Assembly (NCBI GenBank): GCA_963977015.1
Contig: CAXBMO010000005.1
Span: 192,001 to 256,000, forward strand
Direction of reading: 5' to 3'
DNA length: 64,000 nt
Origin: an uncultured bacterium
GTDB lineage: Bacteria; Verrucomicrobiota; Verrucomicrobiia; Verrucomicrobiales; DEV007
Part shown: in pieces, positions 1 to 9,076 of the stretch
Numbering within the stretch: position 1 is the first letter of the stretch
Layout of the letters: each line of letters begins with the position of its first letter
The notes under the pieces: model-generated
Told to the model about the DNA's origin: nothing
Seen by the model: only the letters and a program-made list of their open reading frames with translations
Database searches by the model: none
Made by a program: the position numbers and the translations under genes

Positions 1-434
1 GAATCCTTCCCGAGATGATCTCCCGCATTCAGAAACGCGGCCTCCAGAATCGTCGCGCTGGTTTGCTTGTGAAAACCATTCTGGGCCGCCAATTGGTGAA
101 CCCGGCGCAGCTGCGACTTCAAACGTTCGCCCCAATCCTGAGCTCGAAAATCGCCCCAACTCCCTGGATTTCTTCCACGAAGATAACGCTCCAATCGCTC
201 CGCACCACCACCCGAGTCTTCCCAGCTTGCGCGACAGGCGGCAACAACGAGAAGGAGTTCCTCAAATTTGGGATAACCACGCAACTCCAGCCGACTGAGG
301 ATGTTCTCGATTTCCGGATACAGCGCGAGCGTCCCGCCATCGAACCAAGTCACCGCATCGCCATCCGTGCTCCAGCGCCAGAACGTGCCACGTTCCGGCC
401 AAATATAGTCGAGCACCAGTTCCTGAGGACTCAT
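1..434 (-). CDS. N-terminal part (runs off the window) of a probable large vWA-type component of a MoxR-vWA-beta-propeller ternary system (bpX0-like N-terminus)
   Basis: Not in the ORF track; translated by hand. ATG at 434 overlaps the upstream TGA (ATGA) and the frame stays open to the window edge: MSPQELVLDYIWPERGTFWRWSTDGDAVTWFDGGTLALYPEIENILSRLELRGYPKFEELLLVVAACR... The FWxW...G.P.F..LLL pattern resembles, from memory, bpX0-type N-termini. Confidence 0.6.
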   Translation of the reverse strand, partial: MSPQELVLDYIWPERGTFWRWSTDGDAVTWFDGGTLALYPEIENILSRLELRGYPKFEELLLVVAACRASWEDSGGGAERLERYLRGRNPGSWGDFRAQDWGERLKSQLRRVHQLAAQNGFHKQTSATILEAAFLNAGDHLGKD

Positions 435-1177
435 CGGTTCGCAAACTGCGGATTTTGTGCGGTCAACCGAACCGCAGCCCTTGAAACGGGAACGAAATTG
501 GCGCCTTCGATTCGCTCCCAATGCTCCCCCCGAAAGATCCCCAAATCTCCCGACACCAGCTGCATCGCCTGCGCCAGCACGGAGGAAGGGACGGGAGGGT
601 CCAACCTTTGACCGAGCGGAATCGCGACTCCATCGGACTCGAAATACCGGCTCCCCGGCAACGACGGGATTGGCGTTCCTCTGACAATGACCGTCCCGTC
701 ATATCCGGCGGCAAATCGAAGCTCTTTCCAGCGAATCTCGGCCGAGCTCCCCACCCATTTCTCCAAGTCGCTCAACGACGTCTGGAGAACGTTGGGTTCA
801 CAATCGACCTTCCCAGATGGAGTCAGCCTTAGCGCCAATCGTTGGCTGAGTTTGCCCGGTAGCAGAAGCTGTTCAACGGTCGGCCGGGTCATCTCGCAAA
901 GAGGTCGCCACTCCAACTCCGGTAATCGTGCGACCGGAATCTCCGACTCCAGCAGCGCCAATCCGTCCGGCGGCAACCAGCGAAACACCTGGGCGGAAAG
1001 GCGAGCCAACTCGACTGGAAGCGCCTCATCGTTTGACGAACCGCGCAACCAGACAACGCCCGCGCCCAATGCCGCTTCGACACCGGCGACCGTGCGGAGA
1101 TTGCCTACCGAGACGGCATCCTTCGCCTCGATTCGAGCAATCCAGACAAAACTCAGGTCTGTTGAAGTTGGATCCAC
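431..1177 (-). CDS. Hypothetical protein, probable bpX2-like accessory of the MoxR ternary system
   Basis: 248-aa ORF overlapping the MoxR gene end and the next start; VWLRG, LxWxPL, LRFAA and VRGTPIPSLPG motifs recalled from MoxR-associated proteins. Confidence 0.65.
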   Translation of the reverse strand: MDPTSTDLSFVWIARIEAKDAVSVGNLRTVAGVEAALGAGVVWLRGSSNDEALPVELARLSAQVFRWLPPDGLALLESEIPVARLPELEWRPLCEMTRPTVEQLLLPGKLSQRLALRLTPSGKVDCEPNVLQTSLSDLEKWVGSSAEIRWKELRFAAGYDGTVIVRGTPIPSLPGSRYFESDGVAIPLGQRLDPPVPSSVLAQAMQLVSGDLGIFRGEHWERIEGANFVPVSRAAVRLTAQNPQFANR

Positions 1178-2328
1178 GCGTCAGCGACCTTTTCAGTCAG
1201 GAAATTTCGTTGTTCGTCATTCGCGAGCCATTGTGTCCGGTTCTCCACCGCGCTCAAGCGGTCCGAAATGGCATTCGGCAAACTTTCGCCGTTCGACAAA
1301 TAGGGCTGTGCATCAACCAGAACCCGCTCCAGTTCGCCTAACAACTCGTCTGGATTTGGCAAATCCGGCGACTCCGCTCGCGGATGAATTCGCGTTGCCT
1401 CATCTGCCGGATTCGCGTCCAGAATTTCGCGAACCGCAGAGCGCAGCAACTCTCGTTGCTCCTCGATGTCCCAAATGTGAGCCAGGACCCAAAGGTCGCT
1501 CGGATGGGCCAGGGTACGACCGCAAAGGATGGCGCTTGCCGCGATCAGTCTCTGCACTTTGACGGCTCGCCGATCGGAAATCTGGATCCCCATCGTCCTC
1601 AGCCGCACGACCAGGTCGACATAGGGCGCTTCCACCAAAGACAAATCGATCTGCCCGATCAAATTCCGAAGTTGAACGATCTCGTCGAGGGTCAAAACCT
1701 GACCAAGCGTTGATCCATTCTGGCCACGTTCCAGATTCCATCCCGCCCGGAGCACCTCGACCAATCCATCGTCGCCGACGTTATCACTTCGCACCCGCAA
1801 CAGGAATCGATCAAACAAGGCCCGAAGCGCGTCGTCTTCTGGAAGATGGTTACTCGCCCCCACCGCCATCAGCATCGGCAAGCGAAGGGTCTCCCGACCA
1901 CGGCGAAGCACGCGCTCGTTCAGGACGGAAAGCAGGCTGTTGAGAATCGCGGAATTGGCATTGAGCAGCTCATCGAGGAAGACCAGCGAAGCTTCGGGAA
2001 GCATTCCCTCGGTGTTGGTTTCGAGCACGCCATCCCGGAGTTTGCGAATGTCGAAGGGGCCAAACAGCTCGTTCGGCTCGGTGAATCGCGTCAGCAGGTA
2101 TTCAAAGGTCTGTCCCTCAATCCGCTTGCCCAATTCGTGAACCAAGGCGCTTTTCGCGGTGCCTGGAGGCCCCAAAATGAAGAGATTTTCGCCCGCGATC
2201 AGGCAAACGCTCATGAGGTCGACAACATCATCCTTGCCGACAAACGCGCTCTTCAGAGGAAGCAGGACGCCGCTTTGAAGCCGATCGATAAGTGGGGTAA
2301 AATCCGGAATCATGAAGGGAGGAGACAC
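1153..2328 (-). CDS. MoxR/RavA-family AAA+ ATPase
   Basis: Walker A GPPGTAKS, FEYLLTRFTEPNELFGP, Walker B VFLDE, NSAILNSLL, ALFDRFLLR and ISDRR motifs. Confidence 0.93.
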   Translation of the reverse strand: MSPPFMIPDFTPLIDRLQSGVLLPLKSAFVGKDDVVDLMSVCLIAGENLFILGPPGTAKSALVHELGKRIEGQTFEYLLTRFTEPNELFGPFDIRKLRDGVLETNTEGMLPEASLVFLDELLNANSAILNSLLSVLNERVLRRGRETLRLPMLMAVGASNHLPEDDALRALFDRFLLRVRSDNVGDDGLVEVLRAGWNLERGQNGSTLGQVLTLDEIVQLRNLIGQIDLSLVEAPYVDLVVRLRTMGIQISDRRAVKVQRLIAASAILCGRTLAHPSDLWVLAHIWDIEEQRELLRSAVREILDANPADEATRIHPRAESPDLPNPDELLGELERVLVDAQPYLSNGESLPNAISDRLSAVENRTQWLANDEQRNFLTEKVADAWIQLQQT

Positions 2329-2385
2329 CGTAGTGGACGGATCCTAACTTGTCTACGTTCACCACAAGTGCCCGCACCGGAAAAA

Positions 2386-3744
2386 TCAGCCGCTCATCGG
2401 AAGGAGCCAAGCTCCGATCATCACAACCGGTAATCCGGCAAATCCCATGAGCGACATCATCACCGACGCCGTTTTCAGGGTTTCCACGGTCGTCATTCCG
2501 CTCATGCGGCTGATGATCCAGAACCCGCTATCATTCATCCATGGAATCGGTTTCGAACCGCAGCCAATGGCCAACGCCAGGTAAACGGGGTTGAAAGGCA
2601 GATCCTGGGCGAGCCCGCTGACGATCGAGATCGCGGTCACCATCGCCACGGTCGCCGATCCCTGGGCGACCCGAACCAACGTGGTGACGCCAAACGCAAT
2701 CGGCAGAATCAGCAATTTGGCGTCCGGCGAAATGTTCTGCAGCCACTCAATCAGGCCGGAATTCTCCTTGATGATGATTCCGAACGCGCCGCCGGCTGCC
2801 GTAATCAGGATGATCACGCCGCCACTGGAAAGCGCGGAGTGAATCGCGGAGGGAAGTTCGTCGCGGGATTTTTGTCGAACCAGCAAATACACGCCGGCCA
2901 TCGCCGCAATCGTCAACGCCACATTCTTGTTCCCAAGAATCTCAAGAACCTGCGCCCAAACCGGGATGACCAAATCTTCCGGCCGATTCTTATCAAGACC
3001 GAAGGCAAAATCCACCGCGGTCGCCCCGGCGAGCAACGGAAGCGGCAACAGAATCGGCAACAGCGACAGCAGTAGCGAGGGGAGTTTGGCAGGGTCCAGC
3101 TCCGGCGTTTCCGCATTGTCGAGATCGGAATCCCGCAATGGGATTTCCCATCTCCGATTCGCCCAATGCGCATAGAGAAGTCCGCAGGTCACGGTGAAGG
3201 CTCCGACGATCAGCCCGGCGACCACCATCTGCAAAAACGGGACTCCGAGCGACTCCGCAACCAACAACGGCCCGGGAGTCGGCGGAACGAGGGAATGCGC
3301 CATCGTCGCCCCGGCCACGATCGAAAGCACGAGGAGGAGGTAGTTTTTGCCAGTTCGCCGTGCCGCAGCGCGTCCCAACGGCATCAACAGGTAAAAAACC
3401 GTGTCAAAAAACACCGGGATGCCCAACACGAAGCTGCTTGAGGCAAACGCGGGTGACAGCCGTTTGTCGCCAAACAGGTTTCGGATCCCCAGGACGATTC
3501 GCTCGGCGGCACCGCTGTCCAACAGGCACTTCCCAATGATCGCGGCCATGGCAATGACGATCCCAACCTTGGCGCACATCGTCCCAAATCCCTCCGCGAT
3601 CGATTGACCAATCGTGGCGGGTTCCGTCACCGCAGCGACCGTGATCGAAGCCAAAATCAGAGCCAAAAACGCATGGAGCCGAAAAACGCCAATCGCCAAA
3701 ACGACAACGCCGATTCCAACCAACACAATGAGCAGGGGTTGCAT
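2386..3744 (-). CDS. GntP-family (gluconate/sugar-acid:H+) permease
   Basis: Multi-pass hydrophobic protein with RLHAFLALI, LDSGAAERI, GIPVFFD, HSLVPPTPGP, RVAQGSATVA and WMNDSGFW; start set at ATG 3744 (MQPLL). Confidence 0.92.
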   Translation of the reverse strand: MQPLLIVLVGIGVVVLAIGVFRLHAFLALILASITVAAVTEPATIGQSIAEGFGTMCAKVGIVIAMAAIIGKCLLDSGAAERIVLGIRNLFGDKRLSPAFASSSFVLGIPVFFDTVFYLLMPLGRAAARRTGKNYLLLVLSIVAGATMAHSLVPPTPGPLLVAESLGVPFLQMVVAGLIVGAFTVTCGLLYAHWANRRWEIPLRDSDLDNAETPELDPAKLPSLLLSLLPILLPLPLLAGATAVDFAFGLDKNRPEDLVIPVWAQVLEILGNKNVALTIAAMAGVYLLVRQKSRDELPSAIHSALSSGGVIILITAAGGAFGIIIKENSGLIEWLQNISPDAKLLILPIAFGVTTLVRVAQGSATVAMVTAISIVSGLAQDLPFNPVYLALAIGCGSKPIPWMNDSGFWIISRMSGMTTVETLKTASVMMSLMGFAGLPVVMIGAWLLPMSG

Positions 3745-3836
3745 GGCGACAGGATGAAGGCGAAAACGCGGCTGAAGCAAACTCGAAATTGATGGGATTG
3801 TTTGTCGAAGCCGTCAGACCATGTTCCTGTTGTGCG

Positions 3837-5285
3837 ATGATTCATTTTGCGATTTTGCTTCTCCTTTTGGGCTCAGCCGCGGCTGAATCACGGCCCAATC
3901 TGCTGCTGCTGCTGACGGATGACCAGCGTTGGGACACCTTGCGCTGCATGGGCAACGAGGAAATCCACACTCCCAATCTCGACGCATTGGCGGCACAGGG
4001 GATCCGATTTGAGAACGCATTTGTCGTCACTTCCATTTGCGCTGTGAGCCGCGGCAACATCCTCCTCGGCCAGTATGCCAGCTTCAGCGGCATTGACGAT
4101 TTTTACACTCCGATCCGTGATGAACAGTGGGCGGAAAGCTATCCCGGGGTTCTTCGCAAGGGAGGCTATCACACGGGTTTCATCGGGAAATGGGGCGTCG
4201 GTGCGACCAAGCCCGAACACATCGAGAACGTCCGCCCGCGTTTCGACAGTTGGGCCGGTTTCACCGATCAAGGCAACTTCTGGCATGAGGAGGCCTGTTC
4301 CTACGTGACTGAAAACGGCCATTGCGATTGCCCCGTCCCGGAAGGAAAAATGCCCCATCAGCCGAGACTCGGGCATGAAGGTTTCAAAAAGCCCGTTCAT
4401 CTCACAACCCGGATTATTCCTGACAAAGCCGACGCATTTTTCGCCTCGGCGGCTGATGACCGTCCGTTCTGCCTTTCCATCAGCTTCAAGGCTTCCCATG
4501 CGCCGTTTCAGGATTGGGACGAACAGTTCCGTGAAGACTACCGTGTGAATCTGTCGCAACGCCCAACCGCCAACCTGGAAGAGGCGATGAAGCAGCCCAG
4601 GTTTCTGCGCGAAAGTCTCGAAGCGGATTTTGGGCTCGGCGTGCTCGAAAACCCGGCTCATCTCCGGAGTTGGATGCGTCATTATTATCGGCAGATCGCC
4701 GGGATTGACCAAGCCGTCGGCAAGATCGTCGCATCGCTCAAGCAACACGGCCTGGATTCCAACACCGTGATCGTTTTTACCTCCGACAACGGCTGCTTCC
4801 TCGGCGAACACGGTTTTTGGGGAAAATGGCTCATGCACGAGGAATCCATCCGCGTTCCCTTTCTGGTTTTCGATCCTCGCCTGCCGGCAGAACAACGCGG
4901 CCAGGTCCGTCCCCAAATGGCGCTCAGCATCGATATCGCACCGACCTTGCTGGAGTTCGCCGGGCTTCCCATTCCCCGGTCGCCCCAAGGGAAAAGCCTC
5001 GTTCCCCTCTTAACCGATCCCAACTCCGCCTGGCGAGCCGATTGGTTTTACGAACACCATTTCTCCCTTCCCTCCCCCATGCAGATCGAAGCGTCGGAAG
5101 GCGTGCGGACACCACGTTGGAAATACATCCGCTACATCAATCAGGATCCCGTTTTTGAACAACTGTTCGACCTCGAAAACGATCCCTACGAAACGAAGAA
5201 TCTCGCCGGTGATCCAGGCCACTCCCAACAACTCTTCCTCCTGCGCAAACGTTGGGAAGACTGGTCGAGAAAGATTCGGGACTAG
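3837..5285 (+). CDS. Sulfatase (formylglycine-dependent family), secreted
   Basis: Signal peptide MIHFAILLLLLGSAAA, RPNLLLLLTDDQR, SICAVSRGNILLG, GYHTGFIGKW, FTSDNG, GKWLMHEESIRVP, LFDLENDPYE. Confidence 0.93.
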   Translation: MIHFAILLLLLGSAAAESRPNLLLLLTDDQRWDTLRCMGNEEIHTPNLDALAAQGIRFENAFVVTSICAVSRGNILLGQYASFSGIDDFYTPIRDEQWAESYPGVLRKGGYHTGFIGKWGVGATKPEHIENVRPRFDSWAGFTDQGNFWHEEACSYVTENGHCDCPVPEGKMPHQPRLGHEGFKKPVHLTTRIIPDKADAFFASAADDRPFCLSISFKASHAPFQDWDEQFREDYRVNLSQRPTANLEEAMKQPRFLRESLEADFGLGVLENPAHLRSWMRHYYRQIAGIDQAVGKIVASLKQHGLDSNTVIVFTSDNGCFLGEHGFWGKWLMHEESIRVPFLVFDPRLPAEQRGQVRPQMALSIDIAPTLLEFAGLPIPRSPQGKSLVPLLTDPNSAWRADWFYEHHFSLPSPMQIEASEGVRTPRWKYIRYINQDPVFEQLFDLENDPYETKNLAGDPGHSQQLFLLRKRWEDWSRKIRD

Positions 5286-5329
5286 AAATTGCCGGTTGCG
5301 CTGCGCCTCCAGCCTTGGTAGGCAGCGAC

Positions 5330-6151
5330 ATGAAATTCGCGCTGTGCAATGAGATGTTTGGGGATTGGCCGTTTGAAAAAGCGTTCCGATTTGCCAAGGA
5401 GGTTGGTTACACCGGGATCGAGATTGCACCGTTCACCCTGGCTCCCGATGCCTATCAGATCACTCCCGGGCAATGTTCGGACACGAAAGCGCTGATCGAA
5501 GATCTCGGCCTGGAGACCGTCGGGGTTCACTGGCTTCTCGCGAAAACCGAAGGCTACTACCTGACCTCGCCCGAACCAGCGATGCAGGAGAAAACCGGGA
5601 ACTACTTCGCGCAACTCGCCAAAGTTTGCCGCGATTTGGGAGGCGACATCATGGTGCTCGGTTCACCACAACAGCGCAACCTGCTTCCCGGTGTGAGCCA
5701 TGATCAGGCGATGGAATACGCTGCGGCGACCCTCAAAATCGCCGAACCCGCGTTTCGTGATCACGGCGTAACCGTTGCCCTGGAACCGCTTGGCCCCGGC
5801 GAAGGCGATTTTCTCAACACCGCAGCGCTCGGCGTCGAACTGATGGGCTTGATCGATTCGCCAAACGTGCGTCTTCATCTCGACGTCAAAGCCATGTCCA
5901 GCGAGGACAAATCGGTTCCTGAGATCATCCGCGAAAACGCCGATACGGTCGCCCACTTTCACGCCAACGATCCCAATCTGCTCGGCCCGGGAATGGGCGA
6001 TGTCGACTTCGACCCCATTTTTGCCGCCCTCAAGGAAATCGATTACCGCGGCTGGGTTTCCGTCGAGGTGTTCGACTACTCGCCCGGCGTCGAGAAGATT
6101 TGTCGCGACAGCATGGCCACGATGCAGGCCAGCCTTGCCCGGGCATCCTGA
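5330..6151 (+). CDS. Sugar phosphate isomerase/epimerase (xylose-isomerase-like TIM barrel)
   Basis: MKFALCNE, GYTGIEIAP, VALEPL, LHLDVKAM, HFHAND, GPGMGDVDF, GWVSVEVF metal-binding pattern. Confidence 0.88.
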   Translation: MKFALCNEMFGDWPFEKAFRFAKEVGYTGIEIAPFTLAPDAYQITPGQCSDTKALIEDLGLETVGVHWLLAKTEGYYLTSPEPAMQEKTGNYFAQLAKVCRDLGGDIMVLGSPQQRNLLPGVSHDQAMEYAAATLKIAEPAFRDHGVTVALEPLGPGEGDFLNTAALGVELMGLIDSPNVRLHLDVKAMSSEDKSVPEIIRENADTVAHFHANDPNLLGPGMGDVDFDPIFAALKEIDYRGWVSVEVFDYSPGVEKICRDSMATMQASLARAS

Positions 6152-6241
6152 GTCCAGGATCGGCCGGCCCCACCGGGAGCGAATCCCGGACGAAAAGGTT
6201 GAGAATGACCAGGTTGTTGCTTGGGTCTAAACCTCAACCTT

Positions 6242-7531
6242 ATGAAAACCTCTTTCGCTATTTTAGGGCTGGTCGCTTCCGCTTGCCTGTCTTCCCACGC
6301 CGAGTGGCCGGAATTTCGTGGCCCCACCCTTGATGGTCACGCTCCCAAAGACGCCAAATTCCCCACCGAATGGAGCGAGGAAAAGAACGTCACCTGGAAA
6401 ACCCCGCTCCATGGAAAAGGCTGGGCAACTCCGGTGGTCTGGGGCGACCAAATCTGGCTCACCACCGCGACCGATGACGGGAAACAGCAATCCGCCATTT
6501 GTGTCGACAAAAACAGCGGGAAGATCCTGTTTGATGAGATTCTCTTTGAAAACGCCGAGCCCCGCCCCCTCAGCAACAACCGCAATACCTACGCATCACC
6601 GTCCCCGGTGATCGAAGATGGCCGGGTCTACGTTCACTTCGGGAGTTATGGCACGGCCTGTCTCGATACGAAAACTTTCGAGACGCTGTGGGAACGCACC
6701 GACTTCGAGTGCCATCACTGGCGTGGTCCCGCCTCTTCCCCGGTTTCCTACGGTGACCTCCTGATCCTGACCTTTGACGGTGCCGATCACCAGTATTTGG
6801 CCGCAGTCGACAAGAAGACGGGCGAAACCGTCTGGAAACAGAAACGCTCCACGGATTATCGCGATCTCGACGCCAAAGGACACGTCAAAGCCGAAGGAGA
6901 CTTCCGAAAAGCCTACAACACGCCGGTGTTCATCGATTTCGGCGGGACAACACAAATGATCAGCCCCGGAGCCAAAGCCGCCTGGTCCTACGATCCTCTC
7001 ACCGGCAAGGAAAACTGGAGCCTCCACTGGAATGAACACTCCACCGCATCGCGAACCGTGTTCAGCGAAGAACTTGGCCTCATGTTTTTCAACACCGGAT
7101 ACGGAAAAAGCCAGCTTTGGGCGGTCAAAATCGACCCCACGGCAAAAGGCGAGCTCGATGAATCACTCATCGCCTGGAAACAAACCAAGCGGATGCCAAA
7201 TCGCTGTTCACCAATCTTGGCTGATGGGCAACTTTACGTGCTCTCCGATCAGGGAGTAGCGACCTGTCTCGATGCAGAAACAGGTGAAGAAGTCTGGAGC
7301 GAGCGCATCAGCGAAATCCCGTTCTCCGCCTCGATTTTCTACGGCGGCGGCCTTCTCTACTTCTTTGACGAAGCCGGCAAAGGAATCGTCGTGAAACCGG
7401 GCGACACCTTCGAGCTAGTCGCCGAGAACGAACTCGCTTCCGGCATGTTTGCCTCCCCTGGCGCTGACGGAAACGCCCTGATTTTGCGCACCACCACCGA
7501 TTTATACCGAATCGAAGCTCCGGGATCTTGA
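6242..7531 (+). CDS. PQQ-binding-like beta-propeller repeat protein (PVC-type), secreted
   Basis: Signal peptide then EWPEFRGP, WSEEKNVTWKT, YASPSPV, repeated CLD..TG..VW blades, C-terminal LILRT..LY.I. Confidence 0.88.
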   Translation: MKTSFAILGLVASACLSSHAEWPEFRGPTLDGHAPKDAKFPTEWSEEKNVTWKTPLHGKGWATPVVWGDQIWLTTATDDGKQQSAICVDKNSGKILFDEILFENAEPRPLSNNRNTYASPSPVIEDGRVYVHFGSYGTACLDTKTFETLWERTDFECHHWRGPASSPVSYGDLLILTFDGADHQYLAAVDKKTGETVWKQKRSTDYRDLDAKGHVKAEGDFRKAYNTPVFIDFGGTTQMISPGAKAAWSYDPLTGKENWSLHWNEHSTASRTVFSEELGLMFFNTGYGKSQLWAVKIDPTAKGELDESLIAWKQTKRMPNRCSPILADGQLYVLSDQGVATCLDAETGEEVWSERISEIPFSASIFYGGGLLYFFDEAGKGIVVKPGDTFELVAENELASGMFASPGADGNALILRTTTDLYRIEAPGS

Positions 7532-7581
7532 CAGAACCCAGAACCGGCCTTTAGATCCCAACCCTCCCTCCGTGGAGATCC

Positions 7582-7652
7582 GGCGAGGTAGCCAAGTGGT
7601 AAGGCCGAGCTCTGCAAAAGCTCTATCGCGGGTTCGATTCCCGCCCTCGCCT
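7582..7652 (+). tRNA. tRNA-Cys (GCA)
   Basis: GGCGAGG/CCTCGCC acceptor stem, anticodon arm GAGCT-CTGCAAA-AGCTC, T arm GCGGG-TTCGATT-CCCGC; no encoded CCA. Confidence 0.97.
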
Positions 7653-7766
7653 TACTTTTCGTTCCACGAGGATCCTGTTCAATTGATCGGCGCTCGATCG
7701 ATGCTGGGTCTAAACCAAAATTTGGGAAGGAAATCGTTTTTCCCTGAACCAGAAATCCAAAGGGCT

Positions 7767-7937
7767 GTGTCCAAGAACAAAAAACTACAGCTCGTTGGTT
7801 GGATCTACTTCATCCTCTCTTCCCTGTTCTACATCGCATCCAGTATTCGCGTGGGAGACCTCTTGAGCACATTGGGTGGAATTTTCTTCTTCGGTGCGTG
7901 TCTGGTGTTTCTTTTCCAGCTTCTAACCGAAGATTAA
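7767..7937 (+). CDS. Small two-helix membrane protein
   Basis: GTG start; KNKKLQLVGWIYFILSSLFYIASSIRVGDLLSTLGGIFFFGACLVFL has two hydrophobic segments. The longer track ORF runs through the tRNA and was trimmed. Confidence 0.6.
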   Translation: MSKNKKLQLVGWIYFILSSLFYIASSIRVGDLLSTLGGIFFFGACLVFLFQLLTED

Positions 7938-7979
7938 AGGGACCAGAAATCTGACGCCCTCGCGCCTGATTCGAGCAGT

Positions 7980-8180
7980 TCACCATCGCGGCTGCCGAGT
8001 CGCCTGGAGAACGCAGCGCCACAGGTGTCCCCCCACTTCCATTCGCTTCTTTTCGCTCACCACCGCCGGGATCGGAATATTGATGTATTGCCCGTGTTGC
8101 TGGCCGATCATCACCGCAGTTTTTCCGGCCATTCCGGCATGCACCGCGTGACGCCAAAACTGATCGCAGACAAAGCGGTC
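7980..8180 (-). repeat. Displaced 201-bp copy of the pfkA 3' end (direct repeat of 9077..9277)
   Basis: Direct alignment to 9077..9277 shows 7 mismatches in 201 bp; similarity ends exactly at the stop codon. Confidence 0.97.
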
Positions 8181-8325
8181 CTGCATCCCCGCTCCTGTCG
8201 CTGACGCAATTTGTCACTTAAATATTGACAAGTATGGCCCACCTGAATACGCCTAAAATTAGGCGGACAACGAGCCATCGATAAGCGGCACAAGTCGAGA
8301 CACAGCAACCACCAATAACCGCTGA

Positions 8326-8748
8326 ATGAGAAAATCCCTACTAACGAGTTTCCTACTCCTCACTGCCATTGGAAGCTTGCACGCTGAGGAATTCCGATTT
8401 GAACTTAATCGGTATGGGTGGCTGGAGTTTGTGACAGGACAAAGCGGCTCGGTTCGCATGGTCCAAGCCGACAAAGCGGGAAACCTGGACGTGGTTTTTC
8501 AATCGGCACTCACGGCTGAGGATTCTTCGCGGTTTCTGACGCAACGAGGCACAGTTTTCACGTTGGAGAAACTCGGCAAAGTAGTGAGAGGGCATCCTGA
8601 GGATCGGTTTAACACCAATAGTGGCGACTGGAAGCTTAGCTTGTCGGGCACTGGAAAGGAGTTCACAAACGTGTTGGCTAGACTCAATGAAATGTTGGTC
8701 TGGCAGGATAAGGAAGTGAATTCAATTTACGGACGTCTTAATCCGTGA
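8326..8748 (+). CDS. Hypothetical secreted protein
   Basis: 140-aa ORF with Sec-type signal peptide MRKSLLTSFLLLTAIGSLHA-EE; looks more AT-rich than its neighbours. Confidence 0.75.
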   Translation: MRKSLLTSFLLLTAIGSLHAEEFRFELNRYGWLEFVTGQSGSVRMVQADKAGNLDVVFQSALTAEDSSRFLTQRGTVFTLEKLGKVVRGHPEDRFNTNSGDWKLSLSGTGKEFTNVLARLNEMLVWQDKEVNSIYGRLNP

Positions 8749-8751
8749 TGG

Positions 8752-8833
8752 GTAGCCGAATTTGCCAGAAATTCGGATGAGAAGAGCGTTTGAAACGATG
8801 TTGAATGTCGGAATTCTTTGCGAATTCCGCTAC
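8752..8833. repeat. GTAG-type REP-like inverted doublet
   Basis: GTAGCCGAATTTGCCAGAAATTCGG ... CGGAATTCTTTGCGAATTCCGCTAC: inverted pair with GTAG/CTAC ends, each unit an imperfect hairpin, directly after a stop codon. Confidence 0.65.
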
Positions 8834-9060
8834 GGGGCAGGCTGCGTTTCGTCCACCCGTTCTCCAGTCAGATCGAACGCCTTATGCACGACGTAGGCGT
8901 CGCGTTCGATTTCGGATTCTTCGACGATGACGGCGGTTTTGATTGAGGGTGAATGAAATGTCCATCACGCCCTTTTCTTGCGTGGTCGAAACGTTCTGAA
9001 CGATCATGTCCGGAATGATCGAGTGATCCTCTTTCGCCCTAAGCCGACAAAAATGAGACC
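8830..9060 (-). pseudogene. Decayed fragment of aspartate kinase C-terminal ACT domains
   Basis: Minus-strand hand translation gives LIFVGLG / IIPDMIVQNVSTTQEKGVMDISFTLN, then in another frame IKTAVIVEESEIERDAYVVHKAFDL...*. These match aspartokinase ACT1 (DMIVQN...DISFT) and the ACT2 end (EIKIxV.....A...H.AF.L), with an internal deletion and frameshifts. Confidence 0.7.
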
Positions 9061-9076
9061 ACCGCCTTCCACTTCC

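Noticed and set aside
7980-8186. 68-aa ORF as an independent gene
   Set aside because: It is the duplicated pfkA tail with a fortuitous ATG.
8842-8946. IS481-like transposase tail (FDFGFFDDD) on the plus strand
   Set aside because: It is the antisense reading of the aspartokinase relic, which fits much better.
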